The notes beneath the pieces were generated by a model. The model did not search any database. It saw nothing but the letters and a program-made list of their open reading frames with translations, and was not told the DNA's origin. From contig MERE01000029.1 of NCBI GenBank assembly GCA_001771975.1, positions 1-46,859 of the forward strand: a stretch of DNA of 46,859 bases. Direction: 5' to 3'. This DNA is from Betaproteobacteria bacterium RIFCSPLOWO2_02_FULL_68_150. GTDB lineage: Bacteria; Pseudomonadota; Gammaproteobacteria; Burkholderiales; SG8-39. Numbering within the stretch: the first letter of the stretch is position 1; each line of letters starts with the position of its first letter. The translations under genes and the position numbers were made by a program. This document shows, piece by piece, positions 36,616-46,391 of the stretch.

Positions 36616-37989
36616 GTGAAAATCGTCATCCTGGGTGCGGGCCAAGTCGGCGCCTCGGTCGCCGAGAGCCTGGTGTCCGAGCACAACGACCTTACCGTGG
36701 TGGATCTCGATGCGACCCGCCTGCGCGCGCTGCAGGACCGGCTCGACCTGCGCACGGTGACGGGCAGCGCCTCGCACCCCTCGGTACTGGTCGAAGCCGG
36801 CATCGAGGACGCCGACCTGCTGGTCGCCGTGACGCAGTCGGACGAGACCAACCTGGTCGCGTGCAAGATCGCGAGCCGGCTGTTCAATGTCCCGCGCCGC
36901 ATCGCGCGCGTGCGCGCGACCGATTTCCTCAACGACGAGAAGGTGCTCGGCCCGGAGGGTTTCGAGGTCGATCTGTCGATCTGCCCGGAGCAGGTGCTGA
37001 CCGACTACATCGTGAAGCTGGTCGAGTTTCCGGAAGCGCTGCAGGTGCTCGATTTCGCCGGCGGGCGGGTCAGCCTGGTTGCGGTGCGCGCCTACCGCGG
37101 CGGGCCACTGGTCGGGCATCCGATCAGGGACTTGCGCCAGCATATCCCGGGCGTCGACACGCGCGTCGTCGCAATCTTCCGCAAGGACGCCGCCGTGGCG
37201 CCCGACGGCAACACCGCGATCGAGGCCAATGACGAGGTCTTCTGTCTCGCCGCGACCAAGGACATCCGGCAGGTGATGCGCGAGCTGCGGCGCATGGACC
37301 AGCCGGTGAGGCGCGTCATGATCGCGGGCGGCGGCAACATCGGCTTGCGTCTGGCGCGCGCGCTCGAGGACGACTACTCGGTGCGCATCATCGATCACAA
37401 CAAACGGCGCTGCGAGATGCTCGCCGCCAAACTGGATCGCGCGCTGGTGCTCAACGGCGACGGCACCGACGAGGAACTGCTCGAGCAGGAGAGCATCGGC
37501 GAGATGGATCTGTTCGTCGCGGTCACCAATGACGACGAGAACAACATCATGAGTTCGCTGCTGGCCAAGCGCCTGGGGGCACGCCGCGTGGTGGCGCTCA
37601 TCAACCGCCGCAGCTACGTCGACCTGCTGCAGGGGGCGCAGATCGACATCGCGATCTCGCCCGCGCAGGCGACCATCGGCAAGCTGCTCGCGCACGTGCG
37701 CCGCGGCGACGTGGTCGCGGTGCACAGCTTGCGCCGGGGCGCCGCCGAGGCGCTCGAGGCGGTCGTGCACGGCGATCGCGATTCGTGCCGCCTCACCGGC
37801 CGGCGCATCGAGGAGATCGAGCTGCCGCCCGGCACCAACATCGGCGCCATCGTGCGCGGCGAGGAAGTGCTGATGGCGCACCATGACACGCGCATTCTTG
37901 CCGAGGATCACGTCATCGTCTTCGTCACCGACAAGAAGATCCTGCCCCGGGTCGAGAAGCTGTTCCAGGTCGGCGCGCGGTTTCTCTAG
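36616..37989 (+). CDS. trkA: Trk system potassium uptake protein TrkA
   Basis: 457 aa from GTG 36616 (GGAGG 7 nt upstream). Two Rossmann RCK-N repeats (ILGAGQVG and IAGGGNIG). Confidence 0.95.
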   Translation: MKIVILGAGQVGASVAESLVSEHNDLTVVDLDATRLRALQDRLDLRTVTGSASHPSVLVEAGIEDADLLVAVTQSDETNLVACKIASRLFNVPRRIARVRATDFLNDEKVLGPEGFEVDLSICPEQVLTDYIVKLVEFPEALQVLDFAGGRVSLVAVRAYRGGPLVGHPIRDLRQHIPGVDTRVVAIFRKDAAVAPDGNTAIEANDEVFCLAATKDIRQVMRELRRMDQPVRRVMIAGGGNIGLRLARALEDDYSVRIIDHNKRRCEMLAAKLDRALVLNGDGTDEELLEQESIGEMDLFVAVTNDDENNIMSSLLAKRLGARRVVALINRRSYVDLLQGAQIDIAISPAQATIGKLLAHVRRGDVVAVHSLRRGAAEALEAVVHGDRDSCRLTGRRIEEIELPPGTNIGAIVRGEEVLMAHHDTRILAEDHVIVFVTDKKILPRVEKLFQVGARFL

Positions 37990-38003
37990 GAACGCCACGC
38001 GGC

Positions 38004-39458
38004 ATGCGCATCAACGCGGTTATCAACTACCTCGGGCGCGTGGTCATCCTCTTTTCGGCATGTCTGACGGTGCCATTCGGATTTTCCTTGCTGCTCGACG
38101 ACGGCGCGCTGCACGCCTACGACGAGGCGATCGTCGCAACGCTGGTGGCGGGAAGCGCGCTGTGGGCGGCCACGCGCCGCGCGCGCGAGGAACTCCGGGT
38201 GCGCGACGGCTTCCTGCTGGTGGCGCTGGTCTGGACCGTGCTGCCGGCATTCGCCGCGCTGCCGCTGTTCATCTACCTTCCCGCGATGTCCTTCACGGAT
38301 GCCTATTTCGAAGCGGTGTCGGGCCTCACGGCGAGCGGTGCCACCGTGCTGTCCGGCCTCGACCAGCTTCCGCCGTCGCTCAATCTGTGGCGCGGCTTCA
38401 TGATCTGGCTCGGGGGCATGGGGGTGATCGTACTCGCCGTCGCGATCATGCCGCTTCTTGGCGTCGGCGGCTCCCAGCTTTACAAGGCGGAAACACCCGG
38501 TCCGATGAAGGACACCAAGCTCACGCCGCGCATCGCCGAAACAGCGAAAGGATTGTGGCTCGTGTACTTCGCCCTCACGATGCTGTGCGGTCTGGCCTAT
38601 CGCTGGGCCGGTATGAACTGGCTCGATGCGCTGATGCACGCGTTCACGACCATGGGATTGGGAGGCTTCTCGACCCACGACGCGAGCTTCGCGTACTGGA
38701 ATTCGCCGAAGATCGAGCTGGTGGCCGTGGTCTTCATGCTGATTGCGGGCGTGAATTTCGCCACTCACTTCCTCGCGTGGCGCAAGCTGTCGCTGCAGCC
38801 GTACCGGCGTGACCCGGAGGCCTCGGTCTACGGGCTGGTGCTGGTCGCCTCCGTGGTCGGCATCGCGCTCTATCTGCGCGCGATGGAGGTCTATGCCGAT
38901 TTCTGGACCGCGCTGCGCTTTGCCGCGTTCAACGTCGTCTCGATCGCGACCACCACGGGTTATGCCAGTACCGACTACAACCTATGGCCGATCTTTGCGC
39001 CGCTGTGGATGCTGTTCCTGTCCAGCTTCGTGAGCTGCTCGGGCTCGACGGGCAGCGGCGTCAAGATGGTCCGCGCCCAGATCCTGTTCAAGCAGAGCTT
39101 CCGCGAACTCCTGCGCATCATCCATCCGAAGCTCTACCGCCCGGTGAAGCTCTCCGGCCACGCGGTCGAGAATAACGTCGTGTTCGCGGTGCTCGCCTAT
39201 GCCTTCGTCTATATCTCCTGCCTCAGCCTGGGTACGCTCGCCCTGACCGCGAGTGGACTGGACGCGGTCACCGGGTTATCGGCGGCGGTGGCCTCGATCA
39301 ACAACATGGGCCCCGGATTGGCACGGGTGGGGCCGGCGGCGACCTACGCGGGGCTCAGCGATTTCCAGACCTGGATCTGTACCTTCCTGATGCTGCTCGG
39401 CCGGCTGGAGCTGTTCACGCTGCTGGTGGTGCTCACGCCTGCATTCTGGCGCAAGTGA
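38004..39458 (+). CDS. trkH: Trk system potassium uptake protein TrkH
   Basis: 484-aa polytopic protein with TrkH/KtrB-type pore-loop glycines (SGLTASGAT, TTMGLGGFS, ATTTGYAS, INNMGPGL). Confidence 0.94.
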   Translation: MRINAVINYLGRVVILFSACLTVPFGFSLLLDDGALHAYDEAIVATLVAGSALWAATRRAREELRVRDGFLLVALVWTVLPAFAALPLFIYLPAMSFTDAYFEAVSGLTASGATVLSGLDQLPPSLNLWRGFMIWLGGMGVIVLAVAIMPLLGVGGSQLYKAETPGPMKDTKLTPRIAETAKGLWLVYFALTMLCGLAYRWAGMNWLDALMHAFTTMGLGGFSTHDASFAYWNSPKIELVAVVFMLIAGVNFATHFLAWRKLSLQPYRRDPEASVYGLVLVASVVGIALYLRAMEVYADFWTALRFAAFNVVSIATTTGYASTDYNLWPIFAPLWMLFLSSFVSCSGSTGSGVKMVRAQILFKQSFRELLRIIHPKLYRPVKLSGHAVENNVVFAVLAYAFVYISCLSLGTLALTASGLDAVTGLSAAVASINNMGPGLARVGPAATYAGLSDFQTWICTFLMLLGRLELFTLLVVLTPAFWRK

Positions 39459-39477
39459 TGCCCCGCCGCGGGCCCGG

Positions 39478-39573
39478 CTACCGCTTTTTTTTCTTCACCC
39501 GTTGCGGACGCTTCTTGCCGTAGCTGCCTTTGTAGATCTTGCCCTTGCGGGTGCGCTTGTCGCCCTTGCCCAT
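39478..39573 (-). CDS. 30S ribosomal protein THX-like small basic protein
   Basis: 31 aa, MGKGDKRTRKGKIYKGSYGKKRPQRVKKKKR, which resembles the Thx family. GGGAGA Shine-Dalgarno 6 nt upstream, overlapping the metH stop codon. It is hidden inside a 229-aa track ORF. Confidence 0.78.
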   Translation of the reverse strand: MGKGDKRTRKGKIYKGSYGKKRPQRVKKKKR

Positions 39574-39584
39574 CGCGATTCTCC

Positions 39585-42500
39585 CTAGGTGGATACGCCG
39601 GAAATTATATCGGCCGGCTCGTACGCCAGGTAAGGCGCCAGCCAGCGTTCGGCCTCGCCGAGGTCCATGCCTTTGCGCCGCGCATAGTCCTCGGCCTGGT
39701 CGCGGCCGATTTTTCCGACCGCGAAGTAGCTTGCCTCGGGGTGCGAGAGATAGAACCCCGACACCGAAGACGCCGGCAGCATCGCGTACGACTCGGTGAG
39801 CCGCATGCCGGCGTTGGCGGCTGCATCGAGCAGCTCGAACAATGGCCCTTTTTCGGTGTGGTCCGGACAGGCGGGATAGCCGGGCGCGGGCCGGATGCCG
39901 CGGTAGCCTTCCGCGATCAGCGCCTCGCGCGTGAGGCGCTCGTCGGCCGCATAGCCCCAGAACTCGCGTCGCACGCGCTCGTGCAGGTGCTCGGCGAATG
40001 CTTCCGCGAGCCGGTCCGCGAGCACTTTCAACATGATCGCGCCGTAATCGTCGTGCTGTGCCTCGAGCTCGGCGATGCGCGCGTCGAAGCCGCCGGCGCA
40101 GACGGCAAACGCGCCGACATGATCCGGCACGCCTGAACTCATCGGCGCGACGAAATCGGCCAGGCACAGGTTGGGTCGCCCGGCGGGCTTGTGGTTCTGC
40201 TGGCGCAGGTTGTGCCAGGTCATGAGTAGGCGCCGGCGCGCTTCGTCGGCGTAGATCTCGATGTCGTCGCCACCGACCTGTGCCGCCGCAAACAGTCCGT
40301 ATACGCCGTCGGCGCGGATCCAGTGTTCCTGGACAATGCGGTCGAGCGTTTGCAAGGCCTCGGCGCGCAGCTTTCTCGCGGCCTCGCCGACCACCGGGTC
40401 TTCGAGGATCCCGGGATAGGGTCCGGAAAGTTCCCAGGCCTGGAAGAACGGCGCCCAGTCGATGTAGGGGACGAGCTTCTCAATCGGATAATCCGCCAAC
40501 CGTGCGATACCGAGGCGGCGCGGCCGCGGCGGCGCATAGCTCGCCCAATCGGTCTTCAGGCCGCGCCGGCGCGCCTCGGCGAGCGAATGCAGCGGCGCGG
40601 GTCCTTTCTTGGCCGCGTGCTGGGCGCGAATGCGGTCGTAGTCGGCGCGTACCGAGGCGGCGAAGGCCGTGTGCCCAGCCTCCGAGAGCAGGCTCTGCAC
40701 CACCGGCACGCTGCGCGAGGCGTCGGGCACGTACACCACCGGTCCCGAATAAGCCGGCGCGATCCTGACTGCGGTGTGCGCACGCGAGGTGGTGGCGCCG
40801 CCGATGAGCAACGGCACGCGCAAGCCTCGCCGCTCCATCTCGCGCGCCACATGCGCCATTTCCTCGAGCGACGGGGTGATCAGCCCCGACAGGCCGATGG
40901 CGTCGGCATGCTCGCGCTGCGCGACCTCCAGGATCGTCTGCGCCGGCACCATGACGCCGAGATTCACCACGTCATAGTTGTTGCACTGGAGCACGACGGC
41001 GACGATATTCTTGCCGATGTCGTGCACGTCGCCTTTCACGGTGGCGATCACCAGCTTGCCCTTGGCGCGCCCGGCGCTGCCGCTCAGCGCCTTTTCCGCC
41101 TCGATGAACGGCACCAGGTGCGCCACCGCCTGCTTCATGACGCGCGCCGACTTGACCACTTGCGGCAGGAACATCTTGCCGGCACCGAACAGGTCGCCGA
41201 CCACGTTCATGCCTTCCATGAGCGGACCTTCGATCACCTCGATCGGACGCGCGTACTTGCGGCGCGCCTCCTCCGTGTCCTCGACGATGTGGCTCGTAAC
41301 GCCATTCACCAGGGCGTGCACCAGGCGCTCCTCCGCCGTGCCCTTGCGCCAGGCACCGTCTTCGCGCTCCACCTTGGTGCCGCCCTTCACGGTGTTGGCG
41401 TATTCGACCAGGCGTTCCGTGGCGTCGGCGCGCCGGTTGAAGATGACATCCTCGACCCGCGCACGCAGTTCCGGCTCGATCTGCTCGTAGACGCCGAGCT
41501 GACCGGCGTTGACGATGCCCATCGACATGCCGGCGGCCACGGCGTGGTACAGGAACGCGGTGTGCATCGCCTCGCGCACCGCGTCGTTGCCGCGAAACGA
41601 GAACGACAGATTGGACACCCCGCCAGAGACGTTGGTGTGCGGCAGGTGGGCGCGGATCCAGCGCGCCGCCTCGAGAAAGTCGACGCCGTAGCGGGCGTGC
41701 TCCTCCAGGCCCGTGGCGAGCGCGAAAATGTTCGGATCGAAAATGATGTCCTCGGCCGGGATACCGGCGCGCGCACTGAGCAGCTCGTAGGCGCGGCTGC
41801 AGACCTCGATGCGGCGCTCGAGCGTATCGGCCTGGCCGCGCTCGTCGAACGCCATCACCACCACGGCGGCGCCGTAGCGCCGCGCGAGGCGCGCCTGGCG
41901 CAGGAACTCGGCCTCCCCTTCCTTCAGGCTGAGCGAATTCACGATGCCCTTGCCCTGCAGGCACTTGAGGCCGGCTTCGATCACCGACCACTTGGAGGAA
42001 TCGACCATCACCGGCACGCGCGCGATATCCGGTTCGGATGCAATCAAACTCAAAAACGTCGTCATGGCGCGCTCCGAGTCGAGCATCGCCTCGTCCATGT
42101 TGACATCGATTACCTGCGCGCCGTTTTCGACCTGCTGGCGCGCAACCGACAGCGCATCCGCATAATTGCCGGCGAGCACGAGCCGGGCGAACGCCTTGGA
42201 GCCGGTGACATTGGTGCGCTCTCCGATGTTTACGAAAAGCGAGCCCTCCCCTACATTAAGCTGCTCAAGGCCTGCGAGGCGAAGCATTTTGGGTCGCTGC
42301 GGGAGCACGCGCGGCGCAACGTCGCGCACGGCCTCGGCGATGGCGCGGATATGCTCCGGCGTCGTGCCGCAGCAGCCGCCGACCAAGTTGAGAAACCCGG
42401 CGCGCGCCCACTCGCCCATCTGGCGCGCCATCGACTCCGGCGTGTCGTCGTATTCGCCGAAGGCGTTCGGCAACCCGGCATTGGGATAGCAGGAGACGTG

Positions 42501-43307
42501 GGTTTCGGCAATCGCCGACAGCTCCTCGACGTATTGCCGCAGCTCCTTGGCGCCGAGCGCGCAGTTCAGCCCCACTACCAGCGGGCGCGCGTGGCGCACC
42601 GAGTTATAGAACGCTTCGGTAGTCTGGCCGGAAAGGGTGCGCCCGGAGGCGTCCGTGATCGTTCCCGAGACGACCAGTGGCACGCGCACGCCGCGTTCAT
42701 CGAACAGGCCCTCGATGGCGAACAGCGCTGCTTTCGCGTTGAGCGTGTCGAACACGGTTTCCACCAGCAGCAGATCGACACCGCCATCGAGCAGCGCACG
42801 CGCCGCTTCGCGGTAGGCGGCGACGAGCGCGTCGAAGCTGATGCTGCGGAAACCGGGGTCGTTGACGTCGGGCGAGATGGACGCGGTCTTCGAGGTCGGT
42901 CCGAGCGCGCCGGCGACAAAGCGCTGGCGCGATGCATCGCGGCGCTGTGCCTCGGCGGCGGCCTCCCTCGCCAGGCGCGCCGCGGCGAGATTGATGTCGT
43001 AGGCGAGCGCTTCCATGCCGTAGTCGGCGAGCGACACGCGCGTCGCGTTGAAGGTGTTGGTTTCGACGATGTCCGCTCCGGCGTCGAAATAATCCAGGTG
43101 GATGCGGCGCACCAGGTCGGGTTGCGTCAAGACCAGCACGTCGTTGTTGCCACGCAGTTCGCGCGGCCATTCGCGGAAGCGCTCGCCGCGGAACTGCTCT
43201 TCGCTGAGCCGCTCGCGCTGGATCATGGTCCCCATCGCACCGTCGAGGACCAGGATCCGCGCCGCGAGCAGGGCATTCAGCTGGGTGGTGACCTCAGGCA
43301 GGTTCAT
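39585..43307 (-). CDS. metH: Cobalamin-dependent methionine synthase
   Basis: 1240 aa from ATG 43307 ([30 protein letters not shown]). Hcy and pterin-binding barrels, B12-binding DxHxxG (GDVHDIGKN), and a C-terminal AdoMet activation domain. Confidence 0.97.
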   Translation of the reverse strand: MNLPEVTTQLNALLAARILVLDGAMGTMIQRERLSEEQFRGERFREWPRELRGNNDVLVLTQPDLVRRIHLDYFDAGADIVETNTFNATRVSLADYGMEALAYDINLAAARLAREAAAEAQRRDASRQRFVAGALGPTSKTASISPDVNDPGFRSISFDALVAAYREAARALLDGGVDLLLVETVFDTLNAKAALFAIEGLFDERGVRVPLVVSGTITDASGRTLSGQTTEAFYNSVRHARPLVVGLNCALGAKELRQYVEELSAIAETHVSCYPNAGLPNAFGEYDDTPESMARQMGEWARAGFLNLVGGCCGTTPEHIRAIAEAVRDVAPRVLPQRPKMLRLAGLEQLNVGEGSLFVNIGERTNVTGSKAFARLVLAGNYADALSVARQQVENGAQVIDVNMDEAMLDSERAMTTFLSLIASEPDIARVPVMVDSSKWSVIEAGLKCLQGKGIVNSLSLKEGEAEFLRQARLARRYGAAVVVMAFDERGQADTLERRIEVCSRAYELLSARAGIPAEDIIFDPNIFALATGLEEHARYGVDFLEAARWIRAHLPHTNVSGGVSNLSFSFRGNDAVREAMHTAFLYHAVAAGMSMGIVNAGQLGVYEQIEPELRARVEDVIFNRRADATERLVEYANTVKGGTKVEREDGAWRKGTAEERLVHALVNGVTSHIVEDTEEARRKYARPIEVIEGPLMEGMNVVGDLFGAGKMFLPQVVKSARVMKQAVAHLVPFIEAEKALSGSAGRAKGKLVIATVKGDVHDIGKNIVAVVLQCNNYDVVNLGVMVPAQTILEVAQREHADAIGLSGLITPSLEEMAHVAREMERRGLRVPLLIGGATTSRAHTAVRIAPAYSGPVVYVPDASRSVPVVQSLLSEAGHTAFAASVRADYDRIRAQHAAKKGPAPLHSLAEARRRGLKTDWASYAPPRPRRLGIARLADYPIEKLVPYIDWAPFFQAWELSGPYPGILEDPVVGEAARKLRAEALQTLDRIVQEHWIRADGVYGLFAAAQVGGDDIEIYADEARRRLLMTWHNLRQQNHKPAGRPNLCLADFVAPMSSGVPDHVGAFAVCAGGFDARIAELEAQHDDYGAIMLKVLADRLAEAFAEHLHERVRREFWGYAADERLTREALIAEGYRGIRPAPGYPACPDHTEKGPLFELLDAAANAGMRLTESYAMLPASSVSGFYLSHPEASYFAVGKIGRDQAEDYARRKGMDLGEAERWLAPYLAYEPADIISGVST

Positions 43308-43315
43308 CCGTTGCT

Positions 43316-43358
43316 CGAAAACGAAAAACGCCCGCTCAGCGTTACGCAGAAACGGGCG
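43316..43358 (-). terminator. Terminator/attenuator-like hairpin plus U-tract inside the metH 5' leader
   Basis: The minus strand reads CGCCCG (43358-43353), an 18-nt partly self-pairing loop, CGGGCG (43334-43329), then TTTTTCGTTTTCG. It ends about 9 nt before the metH ATG. Confidence 0.4.
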
Positions 43359-43413
43359 CCCTGGAGACGGGAGAGAAGTCTCCCGCACTTTGCCACGCGT
43401 CTCTTTAGCCGCA

Positions 43414-43443
43414 TTTATAGTGCGCCCGCAAGCTGAACGTCAA
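43414..43443 (-). promoter_or_regulatory. Candidate sigma70 promoter of metH
   Basis: The minus strand reads TTGACG (43443-43438), an 18-nt spacer, then TATAAA (43419-43414). This predicts a leader of about 100 nt. Confidence 0.45.
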
Positions 43444-43528
43444 ATCGGCGCCAGCACGCAGTCTGCCCGGGAAGTCCTTCGCCGTCAACCGCTTAGGCGC
43501 CGTTTGCGGCGTATAATGCTTGCCTCGC

Positions 43529-43924
43529 ATGGATCACCTCGAACCCAATGCTGCGGCGGAATTCCTGCACCGGCACCCCGACGCGCTGTTCGTCGATTGC
43601 CGCAGCGAGATGGAGTACCTGTTCGTCGGACACCCGGCCGGCGCGCTGCACGTTGCCTGGAACGATGGACCGGACTGGGACGTCAACCCGCATTTCGTAG
43701 GCCAGGTAAAGAAGCTCGCCGGCACCAATCACACCACGCGTCCGATTCTGCTCATCTGCCGCAGCGGCAACCGCTCGCAGGAGGCGGGCGCGGCGCTCGA
43801 GCGCGCGGGCTTCACCCAGATCTACAACGTGGTGCATGGTTTCGAGGGCGAACTCGACGAGCAGCATCATCGCGGCACCGTCGCCGGTTGGCGCCGGGAG
43901 GGGTTGCCGTGGGAACAGTGCTAG
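43529..43924 (+). CDS. Single-domain rhodanese-like sulfurtransferase
   Basis: 131 aa from ATG 43529 with the active-site loop CRSGNRS. The track start is a TTG at 43520. Confidence 0.85.
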   Translation: MDHLEPNAAAEFLHRHPDALFVDCRSEMEYLFVGHPAGALHVAWNDGPDWDVNPHFVGQVKKLAGTNHTTRPILLICRSGNRSQEAGAALERAGFTQIYNVVHGFEGELDEQHHRGTVAGWRREGLPWEQC

Positions 43925-44010
43925 CCCGCGCGATCCGGTGAATTCGCGCCGCGCCGACTGACCGATTCGATTCGCCCGGCGCGACGGGCAGTTGGATCCT
44001 GATTTGCGCA

Positions 44011-45285
44011 ATGTATCCGCCCGCCCATGTTGCCTGGTCGGTCTGGGCGCTTGGCGCCGCGCTCTACCTCGCCGGGTTTTTCCAGCGCGTCGCACCGGCC
44101 GTCATGACGCAGGAACTGATGGCGGAGTTCGCCATCGCGGCAGCCGGCCTGGGCAACCTCTCGGCGTTCTACTTCTACAGTTACGTCGCGATGCAGATTC
44201 CGACCGGCCTGATGGTGGACCGCTTCGGCGCGCGCCGCGTCCTGAGCGGCGGCGCGGCGATCGCCGCACTGGGCAGTTTGCTGTTCGCGCTGGCGCCCGA
44301 TCTTGCGCTGGCCAACCTGGGCCGGTTCCTGATCGGCGGCTCGGTCGGCGTGGCGTGGGTCGGAACCCTGAAGCTCGCCGGGCACTGGCTGCCGCCCCAG
44401 CGCTTCGCGCTGGCAAGCGGTCTGTCGCTCGCGGCGGGGATGGCGGGCGCCGTGAGCGCCGGGGTGCCGCTGCACTGGGCGGTGGGAGAGTTCGGCTGGC
44501 GTCCGGTCATGCTGTTTGGCGCGCTGGCGATCGCTCTGGTCTGCACGGCCATCTGGTGGCTGGTGCGCGACGATCCGTCGGAGCGCGGCTATCGCGGCTA
44601 CGTCCTCGCGCAGCCGCTCGCCGGCGAACGGCCATCGCTCTGGCGCGGACTCGCGGAAGTGCTGCGCTATCGCAACAGCTGGCTCGTGTTTCTCGCGCCG
44701 CAAGGCGTCACTGGCGCGACGCTGTCGTTCGGCGGTCTCTGGGGCGTGCCCTACCTCGTCTCGGTGTATGGGTTTTCCACCCAGCGCGCCGCGTTCTATT
44801 GTTCCGCGCTCATGCTGGCGTGGGCCTTGGGCGGCCCCGTGTTCGGTGCGATGTCCGATCGGCTGCGCGAGCGCAAGCCGCTGTATGCGCTCGGCGCCTT
44901 TTCGGCGCTCGCGCTGTGGTCGATCGTGATCCTCGCACCGCGCCCCTTGGGGCCCAACGTCCTGCTCGCGCTGCTGCTGGCGGTGGGGTTTTCTTCCGGC
45001 TGCATGGTGATCGGCTTCGCCTTCGCCAAGGAGTCCGTGCCGGCACGCTATACGGGCACCGCGACCGGGGTCGCCAACATGGGCTCGATGGCCGGCGCGA
45101 TGCTGCAGCAACCGCTCATCGGCTGGATCCTCGATCTGAATTGGAACGGCGCGCTGGTCGCCGGCGCGCGCGCGTATGACGCGCCCGCCTTCGCCGCCGG
45201 TTTCAAGCTGGTGCTCGTCTGGCTCGCAGTGTCGTTCGCCGCCGCGCTCGCGACCCGCGAGACGCACGCGCGCCAGTGCCCGTAA
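44011..45285 (+). CDS. MFS transporter
   Basis: 424-aa polytopic protein with about 12 TM segments and the MFS loop GLMVDRFGARR. Substrate unknown. Confidence 0.85.
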   Translation: MYPPAHVAWSVWALGAALYLAGFFQRVAPAVMTQELMAEFAIAAAGLGNLSAFYFYSYVAMQIPTGLMVDRFGARRVLSGGAAIAALGSLLFALAPDLALANLGRFLIGGSVGVAWVGTLKLAGHWLPPQRFALASGLSLAAGMAGAVSAGVPLHWAVGEFGWRPVMLFGALAIALVCTAIWWLVRDDPSERGYRGYVLAQPLAGERPSLWRGLAEVLRYRNSWLVFLAPQGVTGATLSFGGLWGVPYLVSVYGFSTQRAAFYCSALMLAWALGGPVFGAMSDRLRERKPLYALGAFSALALWSIVILAPRPLGPNVLLALLLAVGFSSGCMVIGFAFAKESVPARYTGTATGVANMGSMAGAMLQQPLIGWILDLNWNGALVAGARAYDAPAFAAGFKLVLVWLAVSFAAALATRETHARQCP

Positions 45286-45295
45286 AATGGGCTGA

Positions 45296-45733
45296 ATGGA
45301 CGCGCCCGGACCCAATTCCATCGTCGGCGTCTTCCGCTGCGAGGTGCACTGGAGCGACTGCGATCCGGCGGGGATCATCTTCTACCCCACCTATTTCCGC
45401 TGGTTCGACAGCGCCACCTGGGCCTTCTTCGGCTCGGTCGGGCACGGCATCAAGGCGATGATCGAGAGCGGCAGGGTGATGCCGGTGGTCGGCGCGGAGT
45501 GCGAATTCGTCACGCCGGCCGAGCCGGGCGATCACTGCGAGGTGCGCTCGCGCATCCGCCGCTGGGGCGGCAAGTCGTTCGTCATTGCGCACGAGGTGGT
45601 CCGCTCCGACGGCACGCTGCTCTCGCGCGGCTCGGAGACGCGGGTCTGGGGAAAACACGTCGCCGGTCCGGGTTCGCCCATGAAGGGCCAGGTCATCAGC
45701 GAGGAATTGAAGGCGCTGTTTCGCAGCGCGTAG
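45296..45733 (+). CDS. Hotdog-fold acyl-CoA thioesterase (YbgC/4HBT-like)
   Basis: 145 aa. N-terminal VHWSDCDPAGIIFYPTYFRWFD matches the 4HBT-type catalytic Asp region. Confidence 0.82.
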   Translation: MDAPGPNSIVGVFRCEVHWSDCDPAGIIFYPTYFRWFDSATWAFFGSVGHGIKAMIESGRVMPVVGAECEFVTPAEPGDHCEVRSRIRRWGGKSFVIAHEVVRSDGTLLSRGSETRVWGKHVAGPGSPMKGQVISEELKALFRSA

Positions 45734-45755
45734 CGCGCGGCGGCGCCGCTTGCGC

Positions 45756-46391
45756 TCAGGGCTCGGCGTCGGGCTGCCGCGACGGCTGCGCGCGTTCGAA
45801 AGCCTCAAGCTTCATGCATTCGTCGAACACGCGCATCACCGTCCTATGCGGACCGAGATCGCAGTCGTAGCGCTTGGCGTTGAAGATCTGCGGCACCAGA
45901 CAACAGTCGGCCATGGTCGGCGTGTCGCCGTGGCTGAACCTTCCGGCCTTCCCGACCAGTTCGGCCTCGAGCTTGGCGAGGCCGTCGGCGATCCAGTAAC
46001 GATACCAGGCGCTCACTTGCGCCTCATCCTGCCCCAAGTTCTTGCGCAGATAGGTGAGCGTGCGCAGGTTGTTGAGCGGATGGATCTCGCAGGCGACGAG
46101 GAGCGACAGGCTGCGCACTCGCGCACGCTCGAACGGGACCCGCGGCAGCAGCGGCGGGCTGGGATGCGTTTCTTCGAGGTATTCGATGATGGCGAGCGAT
46201 TGCGTGAGCAGTCGTCCGCCGTCCTCGAGCGTCGGTACCAGTTGCTGCGGGTTGCACGCGATGTATTCGAGGTCCCGGTGCTCGCCTTTGGCAAGGTGCA
46301 CGAACGCCGGTTCGTAGGCGAGGCCCTTGAGCTCGAGCGCAATGCGCACGCGGAACGCGGCGGAGCTGCGGAAAAACGTGTAGAGCTTCAC
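45756..46391 (-). CDS. maiA: Maleylacetoacetate isomerase (zeta-class GST)
   Basis: 211 aa with the zeta GST motif SSAAFRVRIAL and NPQQLVPTL. The GTG start overlaps the stop of the upstream FAH-family gene (GTGA). Confidence 0.9.
   Translation of the reverse strand: MKLYTFFRSSAAFRVRIALELKGLAYEPAFVHLAKGEHRDLEYIACNPQQLVPTLEDGGRLLTQSLAIIEYLEETHPSPPLLPRVPFERARVRSLSLLVACEIHPLNNLRTLTYLRKNLGQDEAQVSAWYRYWIADGLAKLEAELVGKAGRFSHGDTPTMADCCLVPQIFNAKRYDCDLGPHRTVMRVFDECMKLEAFERAQPSRQPDAEP

Noticed and set aside
43308-43420. Known SAH or cobalamin riboswitch in the metH leader
   Set aside because: I looked for the SAH blocks (GAGGAGCGCUGC, CAGGCUC, AACGGCGCUC) and a B12 box and could not find them by eye. 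I kept the region as an unclassified structured leader rather than naming a family.
40323-43436. 1037-aa ORF on the plus strand opposite metH
   Set aside because: Same shadow-ORF artefact. metH on the minus strand has every expected domain motif, and the antisense translation is Arg/Ala/Gly-rich and featureless.
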